This document shows positions 25,699-35,194 of a DNA stretch of 62,055 bases, piece after piece. The stretch's first letter is position 1, and the number at the start of each line of letters is the position of its first letter. The stretch spans positions 1-62,055 of IMG/VR virus record IMGVR_UViG_3300045996_000553; one strand, written 5' to 3'. A program made the translations under genes and the position numbers. Below the pieces are notes generated by a model, which saw only the letters and a list, made by a program, of their open reading frames with translations, was not told where the DNA came from and did not search any database. The stretch comes from a virus. Taxonomy: Duplodnaviria; Caudoviricetes.

Positions 25699-25901
25699 GC
25701 GTCAGACCGGAAGAACAAGCCCTGAAAGAACCGATAGATCAAATCCTTGAAGGGATCGACGCTTTCTCAAAAGCGGTGGATGAACGGATAAAAACAGACC
25801 GTGACTGGAAACCTGCTCACTTGTATGAAATCATGCGGATTCGCAACAAACTTTATGAACTTCAACTACCGCTAAGGAAAGTGAAACGGGAGACGTGGTG
25901 A
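25695..25901 (+). CDS. Hypothetical protein
   Basis: Operon ORF. Confidence 0.7.
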   Translation: MSVRPEEQALKEPIDQILEGIDAFSKAVDERIKTDRDWKPAHLYEIMRIRNKLYELQLPLRKVKRETW

Positions 25902-25905
25902 CGAT

Positions 25906-26103
25906 ATGGCTGAAACTTACGCATATAACGAGGAAGGCTTTATGGTGGGCAAGATTTCACAACAGAGCGACGGAACCTATCGAGTGACGGTTATGCCTTT
26001 GGCGGGAGTTTCGACTACGCCTATGCACTCGCGGAAAGTGTATGACACGATAGCGAGTGCGAAGAAAGTTCTGCGGGACCTGGGCGCGAAGGAGTGGGAT
26101 TGA
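25906..26103 (+). CDS. Hypothetical protein
   Basis: Operon ORF. Confidence 0.7.
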   Translation: MAETYAYNEEGFMVGKISQQSDGTYRVTVMPLAGVSTTPMHSRKVYDTIASAKKVLRDLGAKEWD

Positions 26104-26315
26104 TAATGGCTGACCGAAACAACATCGCAAAACTTATCGAAGCGTTGCGGGAGAAAGGAGCGAAGGTGGCAATCAACGATTACGATATAACGGTTTATTA
26201 CGAAACGCGATCCATGCAAATAGACGACGGCGTTTCCGCCAATACGGAAGATACGGAAAATTTTGCCGATTTTATAATATTGCGATTATCGAAAGGCAGG
26301 AAATACATTGGCTGA
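26094..26315 (+). CDS. Hypothetical protein
   Basis: Operon ORF; likely start ATG at 26106. Confidence 0.65.
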   Translation: MGLIMADRNNIAKLIEALREKGAKVAINDYDITVYYETRSMQIDDGVSANTEDTENFADFIILRLSKGRKYIG

Positions 26316-26508
26316 ACCGAAGTTCACGCGGGAAGAAATCGAAGAGGAGATAAAACTTCTCGAACAAGAGGATTATGTTAAGGCTCCTGAAATCATCGAA
26401 CAACTCCTGAAAGAAAATGACGAACTGAAAGCGATGTTGAAAGAAGCGAAAGAAGTTATACGGGAAGTGGAAGAGAAACATAACAAGATATATTTAATAT
26501 CGTCTTGA
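26308..26508 (+). CDS. Coiled-coil hypothetical protein
   Basis: Operon ORF. Confidence 0.65.
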   Translation: MAEPKFTREEIEEEIKLLEQEDYVKAPEIIEQLLKENDELKAMLKEAKEVIREVEEKHNKIYLISS

Positions 26509-26533
26509 TTTTATCTATCAAACGTCTTATACT
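26505..26533 (+). promoter_or_regulatory. sigma70-type promoter
   Basis: TTGATT-17 nt-TATACT. Confidence 0.65.
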
Positions 26534-26553
26534 GGTAGTGAAAGGAGATTTAA

Positions 26554-26781
26554 ATGGTTGAACCACAGGAGGAACAACAACCGGCTTATAAGTTTCCGGT
26601 TAGGGTGAAGATGGTTGTAAGTATCGGGTATCCAACTGCGGAACACGTAGATGTTATTACGATTACCGAAGAAGAGTTAGGTTCCTCAACGCTTGAAGAA
26701 TACTGCGACGATTACGTTGAGCAAATGGCGAGGAATTACGCGGATAACTATTGGCAGGTTTTAGAAGGGGATGAGGAATGA
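26554..26781 (+). CDS. Hypothetical protein
   Basis: AAGGAG RBS. Confidence 0.75.
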   Translation: MVEPQEEQQPAYKFPVRVKMVVSIGYPTAEHVDVITITEEELGSSTLEEYCDDYVEQMARNYADNYWQVLEGDEE

Positions 26782-27062
26782 TTGAACTGACTGAAATTAA
26801 AACCAAGGTAAAACCGGATTTGTATTTGGGCGAGTTGAAGCCGGGGGATATTTTCAAGTTTCACGAAGCAAGTATCTCCGAACCTTTTCATATTTTCTGT
26901 TCTAAAGATGTTGCAACCATAGGCAGAGGAGTTTTTTGGGTGATTTGTTTACAAACAGATCAAGAATCCTACAGTTATTATCTGGCTGTGCCGCCCAATG
27001 AACACAGGAAAGTAACGCGCTATCTCCCTGCAAACGAGTGGCAGGTAAGGGAAGAGGAATAA
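26778..27062 (+). CDS. Hypothetical protein
   Basis: LKPGDIF; ATGA-coupled. Confidence 0.7.
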   Translation: MIELTEIKTKVKPDLYLGELKPGDIFKFHEASISEPFHIFCSKDVATIGRGVFWVICLQTDQESYSYYLAVPPNEHRKVTRYLPANEWQVREEE

Positions 27063-27063
27063 A

Positions 27064-27351
27064 ATGCCTCTACCTGTTATCAAAGCGAAAGAACCGTTAA
27101 CGCCTGACCTGAAGAAACGGTTGCGAACGTGGATTAGCCGGTGTGAATACGAAGTGCATATTTATGGTAGGTTGACGAAATCCAAACCTTATTTCGATTA
27201 CATAGAATATGTAGGTCCGGCTGCTTTAGTATCCGCCAAGGCTCCTACGGAAGAAATCGCAAAGTTTAGAAGGAGGCAGTTTGAACTTCAACTGTCTTAC
27301 ATTATGCAGGACGCTTCTCGGTTGAAAAGATGGAAAGCGGTGGAGTTGTGA
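27064..27351 (+). CDS. Hypothetical protein
   Basis: GAGG RBS. Confidence 0.7.
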   Translation: MPLPVIKAKEPLTPDLKKRLRTWISRCEYEVHIYGRLTKSKPYFDYIEYVGPAALVSAKAPTEEIAKFRRRQFELQLSYIMQDASRLKRWKAVEL

Positions 27352-27481
27352 AGAAACTGAAGCCAAGGCCCGATAACCTGGAAAAAGCGGTAGAAGCCGT
27401 GTGCGCCGATCCTAGACCGCCTACGGAGGCTTTGAAGACGGCTCTATCGGAAGCGAGGAAATCTAGGAAAGGAAAAGAAGG

Positions 27482-27772
27482 ATGAAAAACATTTACTTAT
27501 TAGAAGGACAGGAAGACGATTGGCGAGGCTTAGCTATCGTTGAAGCAAAAAATGAAATAGAAGCTAGCGCGATTGCCGAACAACGGTTGCCCTTGTCGTC
27601 TTTATCTATGTCTTGGACGATACCGTTCAAGATTACGAAACTGATTCCTGAAGACGGTTTTATTTTCAGTTTCGAGAAGTGGAGCGACGAAATAGCGAAG
27701 CTGAACGAGTATGAGGAACGGATTAAATATTTGGAGGAACTGCTTAGTCAATATGAGGCTAACTACCAATGA
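27482..27772 (+). CDS. Hypothetical protein
   Basis: IVEAKNEIEA motif. Confidence 0.7.
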   Translation: MKNIYLLEGQEDDWRGLAIVEAKNEIEASAIAEQRLPLSSLSMSWTIPFKITKLIPEDGFIFSFEKWSDEIAKLNEYEERIKYLEELLSQYEANYQ

Positions 27773-28005
27773 CGTTCAAAGAAGCGGTTATTGAAGTGTT
27801 GAAAGAACTTCCCGGCGATGAAGCCTATGGGTTCAACGTAGTAGAAAGGGTAGCGCAGTTGACTGGGAATCGGCTGAGCATCTATTGGTTTTACATTCAA
27901 ATGGACAATTTGGAGGAGGAAGGTTTGGTAGGACATTACGATATGCCGGGAGGACCGGAACGAAATAGTATGCCGAAACGCTGTTGGTATTTGAGAAACC
28001 AATAA
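27769..28005 (+). CDS. PadR-like winged-helix transcription regulator
   Basis: EAYGFNVVERV..Y..MDNLEEEGLV..PKRCWYL. Confidence 0.7.
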   Translation: MTFKEAVIEVLKELPGDEAYGFNVVERVAQLTGNRLSIYWFYIQMDNLEEEGLVGHYDMPGGPERNSMPKRCWYLRNQ

Positions 28006-28035
28006 TGGCTGTTCCAAGTTTCCCTGCGTAACGTC

Positions 28036-28064
28036 TTGACATTATCTGAAGTTTGTCTTATACT
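28036..28064 (+). promoter_or_regulatory. sigma70-type promoter
   Basis: TTGACA-17 nt-TATACT. Confidence 0.8.
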
Positions 28065-28078
28065 GAATGAGGAGGTAA

Positions 28079-28495
28079 ATGAATATGGCTTTTAAAAAAT
28101 TTGATCGAGATTACCGAGTATGTAAAGCGAATTACTTGAAAACGCCTGTGGCAAGTCTTAACAAAGACGGGTTGATTACTTTATACAATGCGGCTTTGGA
28201 GTTGAAAGACGTTTCACGACTACCTTTTGTCAACTTTTATTTCGATGAATCGGAAAAGAAGTTAGGCATACAACCTATCAAAGTAAAAGAAGAGAATTCA
28301 AACGCTTTGTTTTATAACGGGCGAATGAACAATGCTTATGTAAGCGCAATGGCGATTCTGAATTATTATGAGATTGCGTTTAAAGATATAAAAAACAGAA
28401 AAGTCAGATTGTATTCGGTGGAATACGATGCGGAAAACAAAATGTTTGTTGTGGATTTGAATAAGGAGTTCGTAGATGAAAAAGAAGAATCGTGA
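28079..28495 (+). CDS. Hypothetical protein, paralog of 24241..24816
   Basis: MAFKKF..P..SL..G.I..AA..FVNFYFD..KLGIQP..SA..LNYY.I. Confidence 0.75.
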   Translation: MNMAFKKFDRDYRVCKANYLKTPVASLNKDGLITLYNAALELKDVSRLPFVNFYFDESEKKLGIQPIKVKEENSNALFYNGRMNNAYVSAMAILNYYEIAFKDIKNRKVRLYSVEYDAENKMFVVDLNKEFVDEKEES

Positions 28496-28763
28496 GCTGT
28501 TCGCGCAACTGCAAGATGAGAATGAGAAGCTGTTTTTTCAAATCGACGGGTTGAAGTCTGCTGTCAAGAACTCGGATCGTTTGTTGAACGACAAGCAAAC
28601 TCAACTTGAAAGAGCGTGGGAAATCATCAATGGCTATGCGCTTACTCATCATGAGTTTATCAAGCTGAAAGGTGAAGTCACAGCTTTAAAGATACAGCTT
28701 GAAGGCAAGTCGATGGACGATCTTCCTGAATTTGAGTTTGATGAAACGCCGAGCAAGCCGTAA
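28476..28763 (+). CDS. Coiled-coil hypothetical protein
   Basis: AAGGAG RBS. Confidence 0.7.
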   Translation: MKKKNRELFAQLQDENEKLFFQIDGLKSAVKNSDRLLNDKQTQLERAWEIINGYALTHHEFIKLKGEVTALKIQLEGKSMDDLPEFEFDETPSKP

Positions 28764-28773
28764 GGAGGTAGGG

Positions 28774-29031
28774 ATGGGCCATAAGACGTGCGAGGAGAAG
28801 CAGGTTTATCCTGATTTGCTTACGGCTCAGATTTCAGCCGCGCAAATCAACTTCGATCAAGACGACAGGAAACGTTTAAACGGGAGGAGGGTGAAGATAA
28901 AAACACGCGGAGAGCCGTTCCGGTCGATGGAATACGCGCCTTATCAGTGCGTGACGTGCGGTTTGTATCATCTGACGACGCAGAAGAAAACGGTGGAGTG
29001 GTTTAAACGGAAAGGAGAGTGCGTTGAATGA
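28774..29031 (+). CDS. Zn-finger-like phage protein
   Basis: C..K..Y..A ... YQCVTCGLYHLT; AGGAGG RBS. Confidence 0.75.
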   Translation: MGHKTCEEKQVYPDLLTAQISAAQINFDQDDRKRLNGRRVKIKTRGEPFRSMEYAPYQCVTCGLYHLTTQKKTVEWFKRKGECVE

Positions 29032-29341
29032 TTTCGACAGGTTATGGCGGCTTATTACTTTCGGAGGGACAGGCACTTTAACGGGTGTTGGGATTAGGAT
29101 AGAGAAAGGACAGGTGATCTTGAGCAATCCGGCAGATAAGTTTGTTGAAGAGATAAAGAAGTTTCAGGAATCGGCAGGCAACGCTAAATCTTGGGAAGAG
29201 ATTGTGCAAGAGCATAAGACAACGAAAGAGAAGTTGGCGGTTGCATTGGAAGCGTTGGAGTTTATTTTTGAAAATGAATATAGTTCGGTTGCTGAAGCTG
29301 CTTTAATGGAAATCGAGAAGATGGGAGGAACAGGTGATTAA
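29024..29341 (+). CDS. Hypothetical protein
   Basis: Operon ORF with RBS. Confidence 0.7.
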   Translation: MNDFDRLWRLITFGGTGTLTGVGIRIEKGQVILSNPADKFVEEIKKFQESAGNAKSWEEIVQEHKTTKEKLAVALEALEFIFENEYSSVAEAALMEIEKMGGTGD

Positions 29342-29521
29342 CAAAGGCGAAGATTCCCGTTCCGAACAGTTCAAGGAGCAATTAATCTTGGAATACTTGG
29401 ATCGGGACGATGAAGCGAAAATCTTGCGGGAAATGCAGGAAGACAAAATCCTGCAAAAACGCAGGAAATCTTCTGAAAAAGTCGGCAAAAAGGCTTAGAT
29501 TGTTCGGGAAAGGAGTTAGGA

Positions 29522-29728
29522 ATGATTAGCGATGAAATCAAGGAAAAGATTGCCGAACTTTACAAAATGGTGAAATCGGAAAACTTGTCTTTTTCTTTTA
29601 TGGTGGCGGATCAAGAGCAAGTTCATCGGTGTAGCGGCGGGAGAATGGAAGTCATAATGTCACAAAATACGTATTTAAACTACCTGTTGTGCAAAGAATA
29701 CGATGCACAAGTGATGGAAAATGGATGA
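29522..29728 (+). CDS. Hypothetical protein
   Basis: AGGAG RBS. Confidence 0.7.
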   Translation: MISDEIKEKIAELYKMVKSENLSFSFMVADQEQVHRCSGGRMEVIMSQNTYLNYLLCKEYDAQVMENG

Positions 29729-29955
29729 AAGACTACCGCATTGTCTTTTTCTATGAAAACATCTGGTTCGCGTATTCCGTTCGGATAGAGGCTCATCTGG
29801 ATTACGACAACACGGATATACTTCTCTTCGGGTGGAAGAACCATATCGAGTGTCTGTCGGTCCCCGGTTGTCCGTTGCCGGAAGGGAAATACACGGATAT
29901 GTTTGCGGTCAGTCGGGTTGAAATCGTTGAAGTCGGGAGGAGGGTATATGCCTAA
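29725..29955 (+). CDS. Hypothetical protein
   Basis: ATGA-coupled. Confidence 0.65.
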   Translation: MKDYRIVFFYENIWFAYSVRIEAHLDYDNTDILLFGWKNHIECLSVPGCPLPEGKYTDMFAVSRVEIVEVGRRVYA

Positions 29956-30199
29956 AGAAGTTTTATCGCAAGACGTTATGGAAGTAGTAATAGATGATTT
30001 GCGAATTACTGTGGAAGGGTTGCGAGAACAGGTAAACTTTCTGGAAAGGAGGGAAGAGATTTTACTTCGGTGTGTGAATATTTACAGTAATGAAGAAAAG
30101 TGGTCTTGGGATGAAGAAGGCAAGTTTTGGGGTGGCGTAGGTCCGATGAACGCGAAACAAGCATTGGAAGAGTTGAAAAACTTGAAGGAGGAGAATTAG
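29948..30199 (+). CDS. Hypothetical protein
   Basis: GGAGG RBS. Confidence 0.7.
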   Translation: MPKEVLSQDVMEVVIDDLRITVEGLREQVNFLERREEILLRCVNIYSNEEKWSWDEEGKFWGGVGPMNAKQALEELKNLKEEN

Positions 30200-30202
30200 C
30201 TT

Positions 30203-31177
30203 ATGGCAACATTGCCTAAAACAACAACAATCACTTTAGATTTGAATGTAAATGGCTGGATTTGTTCGATCCACAACGTTTCGTTAAATCCAAGAGCAAA
30301 GATATGCAAGTTGTGCGAACGGGAGCATGAGAAAGGGAAGTTGCAAGCCAACGATCCTCAGTGGGAAGAACATCTTAAAAAACTGAGGGAAGGCGATTGG
30401 TATGTGTCTCCTTCAGGAAAGTTGCCGGATTCTGTGATAGGAACGCCTGTAACAACCTCTGGCAATATTCAAATCGTATCTACGCCTAAAGAAGAAAGCA
30501 GTTGGTTAGGCGCAACGTTGAAAGACGGTCAAATCGTTGTTCCGATATGCGATCCTTCAATGAAACCGACGTTTAGCGAGTATTTGTTGAAAGAAGTTCG
30601 ACAGGAGCTTTTACAGCAGGAATCCACTTTTCAAGTAGCGTGGATGGAAAATACGATAAATCTTTACTTCTCAGGTGAAGCCGAAGGCAACGGAACAATA
30701 GGCACGTTGAAAAAAACGTATCAACAGTTCCTCAACTCCAAAGATCAAGAAAACATCGACACGTTTTCCGATTACCTGCTTTACCAAGCGTTGCCTGTGC
30801 TGGAAACGTTTCCAAACAAAATGAGAGGAGCGTTAGCGGCTTACTTCGGAGACGACAGCACAGTTTACAACATTCTCTTGGACGGAATGAAAACCTCTTA
30901 CAATGCCATGTTGCAGGAAAAAGAGACTACTCCTGAAATCGAATACGGTCAAATGGTGAAACTGCTTCCTCCTCACGAATATGCAGGCGTAACAGGAATA
31001 TACGTGAGAGATGAACTACAGCCTGAAGGACAGGTGAAGATGTTTGAGATTAACGTTAGTCCCTATCCCAATATGCAGTTTGATTCCAAAGCAAGTATGC
31101 AAGTCCCTGCGCTTGAAGGAGAATACGAACTTGTCAGGGAAACGGAAGCGGATGGTTTTTCCGTAACGGGCGCATAA
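30203..31177 (+). CDS. Hypothetical protein (324 aa)
   Basis: N-terminal CxxH..CxxC; internal repeat TFSEYLL/TFSDYLL. Confidence 0.8.
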   Translation: MATLPKTTTITLDLNVNGWICSIHNVSLNPRAKICKLCEREHEKGKLQANDPQWEEHLKKLREGDWYVSPSGKLPDSVIGTPVTTSGNIQIVSTPKEESSWLGATLKDGQIVVPICDPSMKPTFSEYLLKEVRQELLQQESTFQVAWMENTINLYFSGEAEGNGTIGTLKKTYQQFLNSKDQENIDTFSDYLLYQALPVLETFPNKMRGALAAYFGDDSTVYNILLDGMKTSYNAMLQEKETTPEIEYGQMVKLLPPHEYAGVTGIYVRDELQPEGQVKMFEINVSPYPNMQFDSKASMQVPALEGEYELVRETEADGFSVTGA

Positions 31178-31293
31178 ACTGTCATATATGATAATCGCCT
31201 ATAGGGGCAAGTCTGAGCAAGGTTCGTCCCGCGCAAGACCGGAAACGTTCTCAAATCATCGGGAATGAAAAGATTATCGCCGTCAGATATGAT

Positions 31294-31320
31294 AAAGCCC
31301 TCCTTAATCGGAGGGCTTTT
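31294..31320. terminator. Bidirectional terminator between convergent operons
   Basis: aaagccctcc-ttaatc-ggagggctttt. Confidence 0.85.
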
Positions 31321-31327
31321 CTTATGT

Positions 31328-33340
31328 TTAATCGTTATCGAGCAGGATCAAATCCTCAAGATTGAGGGGACCGTCGCCTTCCGGTGGAGCCTGAACGCTG
31401 AACTCCTGCGTCCCAACCTTGATCTTATACCGCTTTCTGCCTGAAGTCATGGCTTCGTAAGTAATCAGTTGAAGTTCGGCGTAACCGTCTGCGTCCGTCG
31501 TATCGCTCAATACGGCGAGAGAAAGCAGCGCGTCGTCTATGGTGGCAAGGTCGTTGGGAGCGAGTTGGGCGGAGAAGAGAACGTTTTGTTCAGGCGTTCC
31601 GTCGATTTTATACCGATAGATGACGACGGTTCGCAGGTTCGCGGTCGGCGGGACCGTAGGCGAAATCGGAACCATATTGAACGTCGCGGCTTCGGGATTT
31701 TCGTCCACAACAAGAATCTGCGTAACGAGGCTGCTGTAACCGGGGATCGGATTGACGTTGACTTTGTAATCCCCGTCATCCAGGGAGAATTGAGCGATCC
31801 CCGTCAGCCCTGTTCGCTTTTGATCGATCAACGTCGTTTCGTTGTTGGCGAACACCGTAACCAACGCTCCTGTTATGGGAGTGGTTGTTACGGAGTTCCG
31901 AATGGTGATGTTGACGGTGTTCGCTCCCGAACCGTCTCCCGGTCCGTAAGGACCGGGGCCATGTTCGGCGGTGATTCCGTCAAGGATTTCTTGCAGCGTA
32001 GGGCCGGTTGCTCCGGTTGCGGCATTTTCAAGCGCGTTGACCGTGTAGCGGTAAACCGATCCGTCCAGTTCAAGCGCGGTGTCCAGTTTATTCGCAATCG
32101 TCAAAATGCTTGCGATGGAAGCGTTGGACGGCGCGGTGTAGGAACTCGCAAGCATAACCGCGCCTGTAATGCGAGTGAGAAGCGTATCCACATCGGCTGT
32201 AATCGCGTCCATGTCAACGTTTGCCGTTTCGCCTTCAAGTTCGATGTTCCCCAACAAGTCGGCTTGGGGAGGCAGGGAATCGACGGCAGGATTGTATTGT
32301 ATTCCCATAAACGTAGGCACTAACGGCATTTCAGGATTGACGAGCGATTCCAAGCCTTTTTGAATGGTTTCCAGGTCCGTTCCCGTAATGCCGGAACCGA
32401 TTTTAGCGGAAAGGTTGGGAATGTTGTCTCCAACGATCTTTCCGGCTTGTCCTGCGGTATAGGCCCCCGGCAGGGCAGTTGTCCAGGGGTCGCCTGCCGA
32501 ACCCAACGCTGCGCCCGTTGTGCCTGCGGTGACGTGTCCCGAAGCGACTTCATCCCATACTTGATCGGCAATTGCGCCCACAGTAGGAGGAGTTGTATAG
32601 GTAAACGTCGCCATTCGACTTGAAATCGTTGCGTTCAGGTTGTCTACGATAAGTTTTCCGATGCTGCCAACCGAAGTTAAAGCGGAAGTCAGCGCGTCCC
32701 AAATGGCTTGTATGCCTGCGGAGGACAGCGTGAAATTCGCTTTATCGGTGAGAGCGCGGGTTGTGACAGCCCACACATCGGCTGCGGCGTGTGTTGAAAG
32801 CCCGGTTTGGATTTTCGTTACGGCTGCTGCGGAGATTTCATCCGAACCAATGGCATCCGTCGCTATCGCTCCCGCGTCTATCGCTCCTGCTGCGAACACT
32901 CCTGATGTAATGGCTCCATCTGCCAGAGCATCGGCATCTATGGCATCGGTAGCTATAACGGCTGCGGTTATGGCGTTGTTGGCGAGTCCGAACCCTGTCT
33001 TATCGCTGACGACGTTCGCGTCCACTTCCGCTTCGATTTGGAACGTCCTGGGGGCGGTTCCGGTAACGCCTCCTACAGTCGCGGAAATATAGATATTGTA
33101 ACATTTTCCTTTTTCAAACCCGTTGGCTGCGGATAGCGTGATTTGTTCGGAATAGAACCCGGTCGTGTTCGTATCGTCCAGTTTAGCCATAGTTCCGCTC
33201 AAAATGGCGGTTCCGGTTTCATCTTCGTAGATTCTATAGGCAGGCGGCGAATCGGCATCCGTCGCCGCGCCTGTGGAAGCCGTATGCGTGTTGACGGAAA
33301 ACGTAAGCAGATTGTCTATGGCCCAGGACCCTAAATACAT
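31328..33340 (-). CDS. Putative virion fibre/adhesin-like protein
   Basis: Ala/Thr/Gly-rich; AIDAD and xxVW/IW repeats; C-terminal carboxypeptidase-regulatory-like beta sandwich (GALVTV..TG..G.A.F.L..G.Y.V). Confidence 0.7.
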   Translation of the reverse strand: MYLGSWAIDNLLTFSVNTHTASTGAATDADSPPAYRIYEDETGTAILSGTMAKLDDTNTTGFYSEQITLSAANGFEKGKCYNIYISATVGGVTGTAPRTFQIEAEVDANVVSDKTGFGLANNAITAAVIATDAIDADALADGAITSGVFAAGAIDAGAIATDAIGSDEISAAAVTKIQTGLSTHAAADVWAVTTRALTDKANFTLSSAGIQAIWDALTSALTSVGSIGKLIVDNLNATISSRMATFTYTTPPTVGAIADQVWDEVASGHVTAGTTGAALGSAGDPWTTALPGAYTAGQAGKIVGDNIPNLSAKIGSGITGTDLETIQKGLESLVNPEMPLVPTFMGIQYNPAVDSLPPQADLLGNIELEGETANVDMDAITADVDTLLTRITGAVMLASSYTAPSNASIASILTIANKLDTALELDGSVYRYTVNALENAATGATGPTLQEILDGITAEHGPGPYGPGDGSGANTVNITIRNSVTTTPITGALVTVFANNETTLIDQKRTGLTGIAQFSLDDGDYKVNVNPIPGYSSLVTQILVVDENPEAATFNMVPISPTVPPTANLRTVVIYRYKIDGTPEQNVLFSAQLAPNDLATIDDALLSLAVLSDTTDADGYAELQLITYEAMTSGRKRYKIKVGTQEFSVQAPPEGDGPLNLEDLILLDND

Positions 33341-33342
33341 GA

Positions 33343-34431
33343 TTACCTCACTACGCTTCCGAAGACCGATCCGCTCCCGCCCCCGCCCGATTCTTGTCTT
33401 TGAACCGCGCCTCTATCAAGGTAACTTGTGTAGCTTTCGTTTTCAAACAATCCCGGTTCTCCGCTTCCTTTCGACAATGCGCCTGAAATCAGAGATAAAT
33501 CGGTGGAGGATACATGAGGGTCGCCGCTTTCAGTGATTTCCGATAGTGAGGGACTGTCGCCAAACGCGAATTCGGTTCCGCTTGTGTTGTTGTAAAAGGC
33601 ATTGCCTAATCGCATAACGACGTTGGAATTGGCTCCGGTATTATTGTTGATGCCGTAGCCTCCATTGGAAATGAACAAGCAATTAGCTACAAGATTATAA
33701 GTAGCGGGAAGAACGTCAAATCGTATTCCGTCTCCTCCGTTTCCTCTGAACGTGCAGGAAACAATGGTTACGAGAGTGCCCGTCGTAATGGCTTGGATGC
33801 CATGACTGCCGCAAGCGCGAAAGACGCACCCGATAACGCGGATTTGACCGGACGACTCCAATCCTACCCCGCCGCCGATGAAAACGCATCCCAACATATC
33901 CGCGCCGCTTCCGTTTAAAAATATCCTTGTAGCGGAGGAAGTTGCTTTGAACGAACAGCGCGAAAAAACATGAGAACTGCTGGTTTGGTTGCTTACGGCG
34001 TGTGAGCCGGACGCCGCGTTCGTATTCTCCATACGGCATCTGTCAAACCTCAAAGACGATCCGGTGACGTTCACAAGCCTTGCTGTGGGTGTGCCTGTTA
34101 TGTCCAAGTTAGTAATATACTGGTGCGCTCCTCCGGTGGTTAAACTTCCGGTCGTGAAGCTGATTACGGGTTTTGTCAAGGCCGGATTGCTGTCAATATC
34201 GCCAATCGTCGTGTTGTAACCTCTCCACCATACGGGCGCGGTTGTGGTCCCGGTCAAGGACAAGGCGCGGTTTGTTGTCGTGTTGGCGTAGGTTCCTGCT
34301 TTGATATTGATTCGCGTCCCGGCTCCCGGCGCGGCGGCAATGGCCTCCGCTAATGTCCAGGCGTTCGCCTCCGAAGTTCCGTCGTGCGCTCCGTCTCCCG
34401 CTACGGTCACATATCGTTCGGTCCAAGCCAA
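33343..34431 (-). CDS. Right-handed beta-helix (pectin-lyase-like) protein
   Basis: YVTVAGDG..DGTSE..AW.L..A, KAGTY, GC.F..NGG.GI repeats, DRGAVQ. Confidence 0.8.
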   Translation of the reverse strand: MAWTERYVTVAGDGAHDGTSEANAWTLAEAIAAAPGAGTRINIKAGTYANTTTNRALSLTGTTTAPVWWRGYNTTIGDIDSNPALTKPVISFTTGSLTTGGAHQYITNLDITGTPTARLVNVTGSSLRFDRCRMENTNAASGSHAVSNQTSSSHVFSRCSFKATSSATRIFLNGSGADMLGCVFIGGGVGLESSGQIRVIGCVFRACGSHGIQAITTGTLVTIVSCTFRGNGGDGIRFDVLPATYNLVANCLFISNGGYGINNNTGANSNVVMRLGNAFYNNTSGTEFAFGDSPSLSEITESGDPHVSSTDLSLISGALSKGSGEPGLFENESYTSYLDRGAVQRQESGGGGSGSVFGSVVR

Positions 34432-34435
34432 TTGC

Positions 34436-34735
34436 TTATCCGCCTACAGGTCGAACGCAAGCCTTTAGCACAACCGGATACTGCCCATGCGCTTCCATTG
34501 CATCTCGAATAGCGACGTTGAACGAATGGATGCCCAACACATCCGATCCGATCAGCAGGTGAGGGGGTCCGTCCGTGCGGGTATCCTCCCAATCGTGCGC
34601 TCCGTTGAGTTCGGCGTAAACATCATCAATGGCTGCAATATCGTCGTTTAAAGAATTAACAAGAGCGCGGATTTGTTCAGCGCGAACTCTTGTTCGTTCA
34701 TTTACATACTGCTGGATTTGAGCGTTTGTAGCCAT
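34436..34735 (-). CDS. Hypothetical protein
   Basis: AGGAGG RBS. Confidence 0.75.
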   Translation of the reverse strand: MATNAQIQQYVNERTRVRAEQIRALVNSLNDDIAAIDDVYAELNGAHDWEDTRTDGPPHLLIGSDVLGIHSFNVAIRDAMEAHGQYPVVLKACVRPVGG

Positions 34736-34747
34736 TTAAACCTCCTG

Positions 34748-35194
34748 TTAAGCAAGAAGCGCAAGTAGATCGGTTTTAAGAGTGTCCCACGCGCCTTGCG
34801 TAAGGTCAGCGACTTTTCTTACGTCTACGCTAGGAGCGATTCTAACGGAACTGGCGTTGACGTTGTTGATGGTGGTAAGGATATTGTTGTTCTGCATATC
34901 CAAAGTCCCGCCTGCGGGAGTCAAGGCTACAATGGCAAGTCGTTCGTTTTCCAGTTCGGAACCTTCGATGGAATACAAACGGCTTGTATATCTTTGACGG
35001 GAAATCACTCCTCCTGAAGTCGTCAACTTGAGATTAGCGCGAATTTGAACCATTCGCACCGTCTTTTCGGGAACGTCTACAAAAAAGTCGTTCGGGTCGA
35101 AATCAAGTAGAGTGAAGTCTGCCATATTAAATCCACGAATTCCATACGCCTGCGCCTCGGTAAATGAAGGTTCGCGAACCGTAGTTCGTGGCAA
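34748..35194 (-). CDS. Hypothetical protein
   Basis: Operon ORF; likely start MADF at 35125. Confidence 0.7.
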   Translation of the reverse strand: MPRTTVREPSFTEAQAYGIRGFNMADFTLLDFDPNDFFVDVPEKTVRMVQIRANLKLTTSGGVISRQRYTSRLYSIEGSELENERLAIVALTPAGGTLDMQNNNILTTINNVNASSVRIAPSVDVRKVADLTQGAWDTLKTDLLALLA

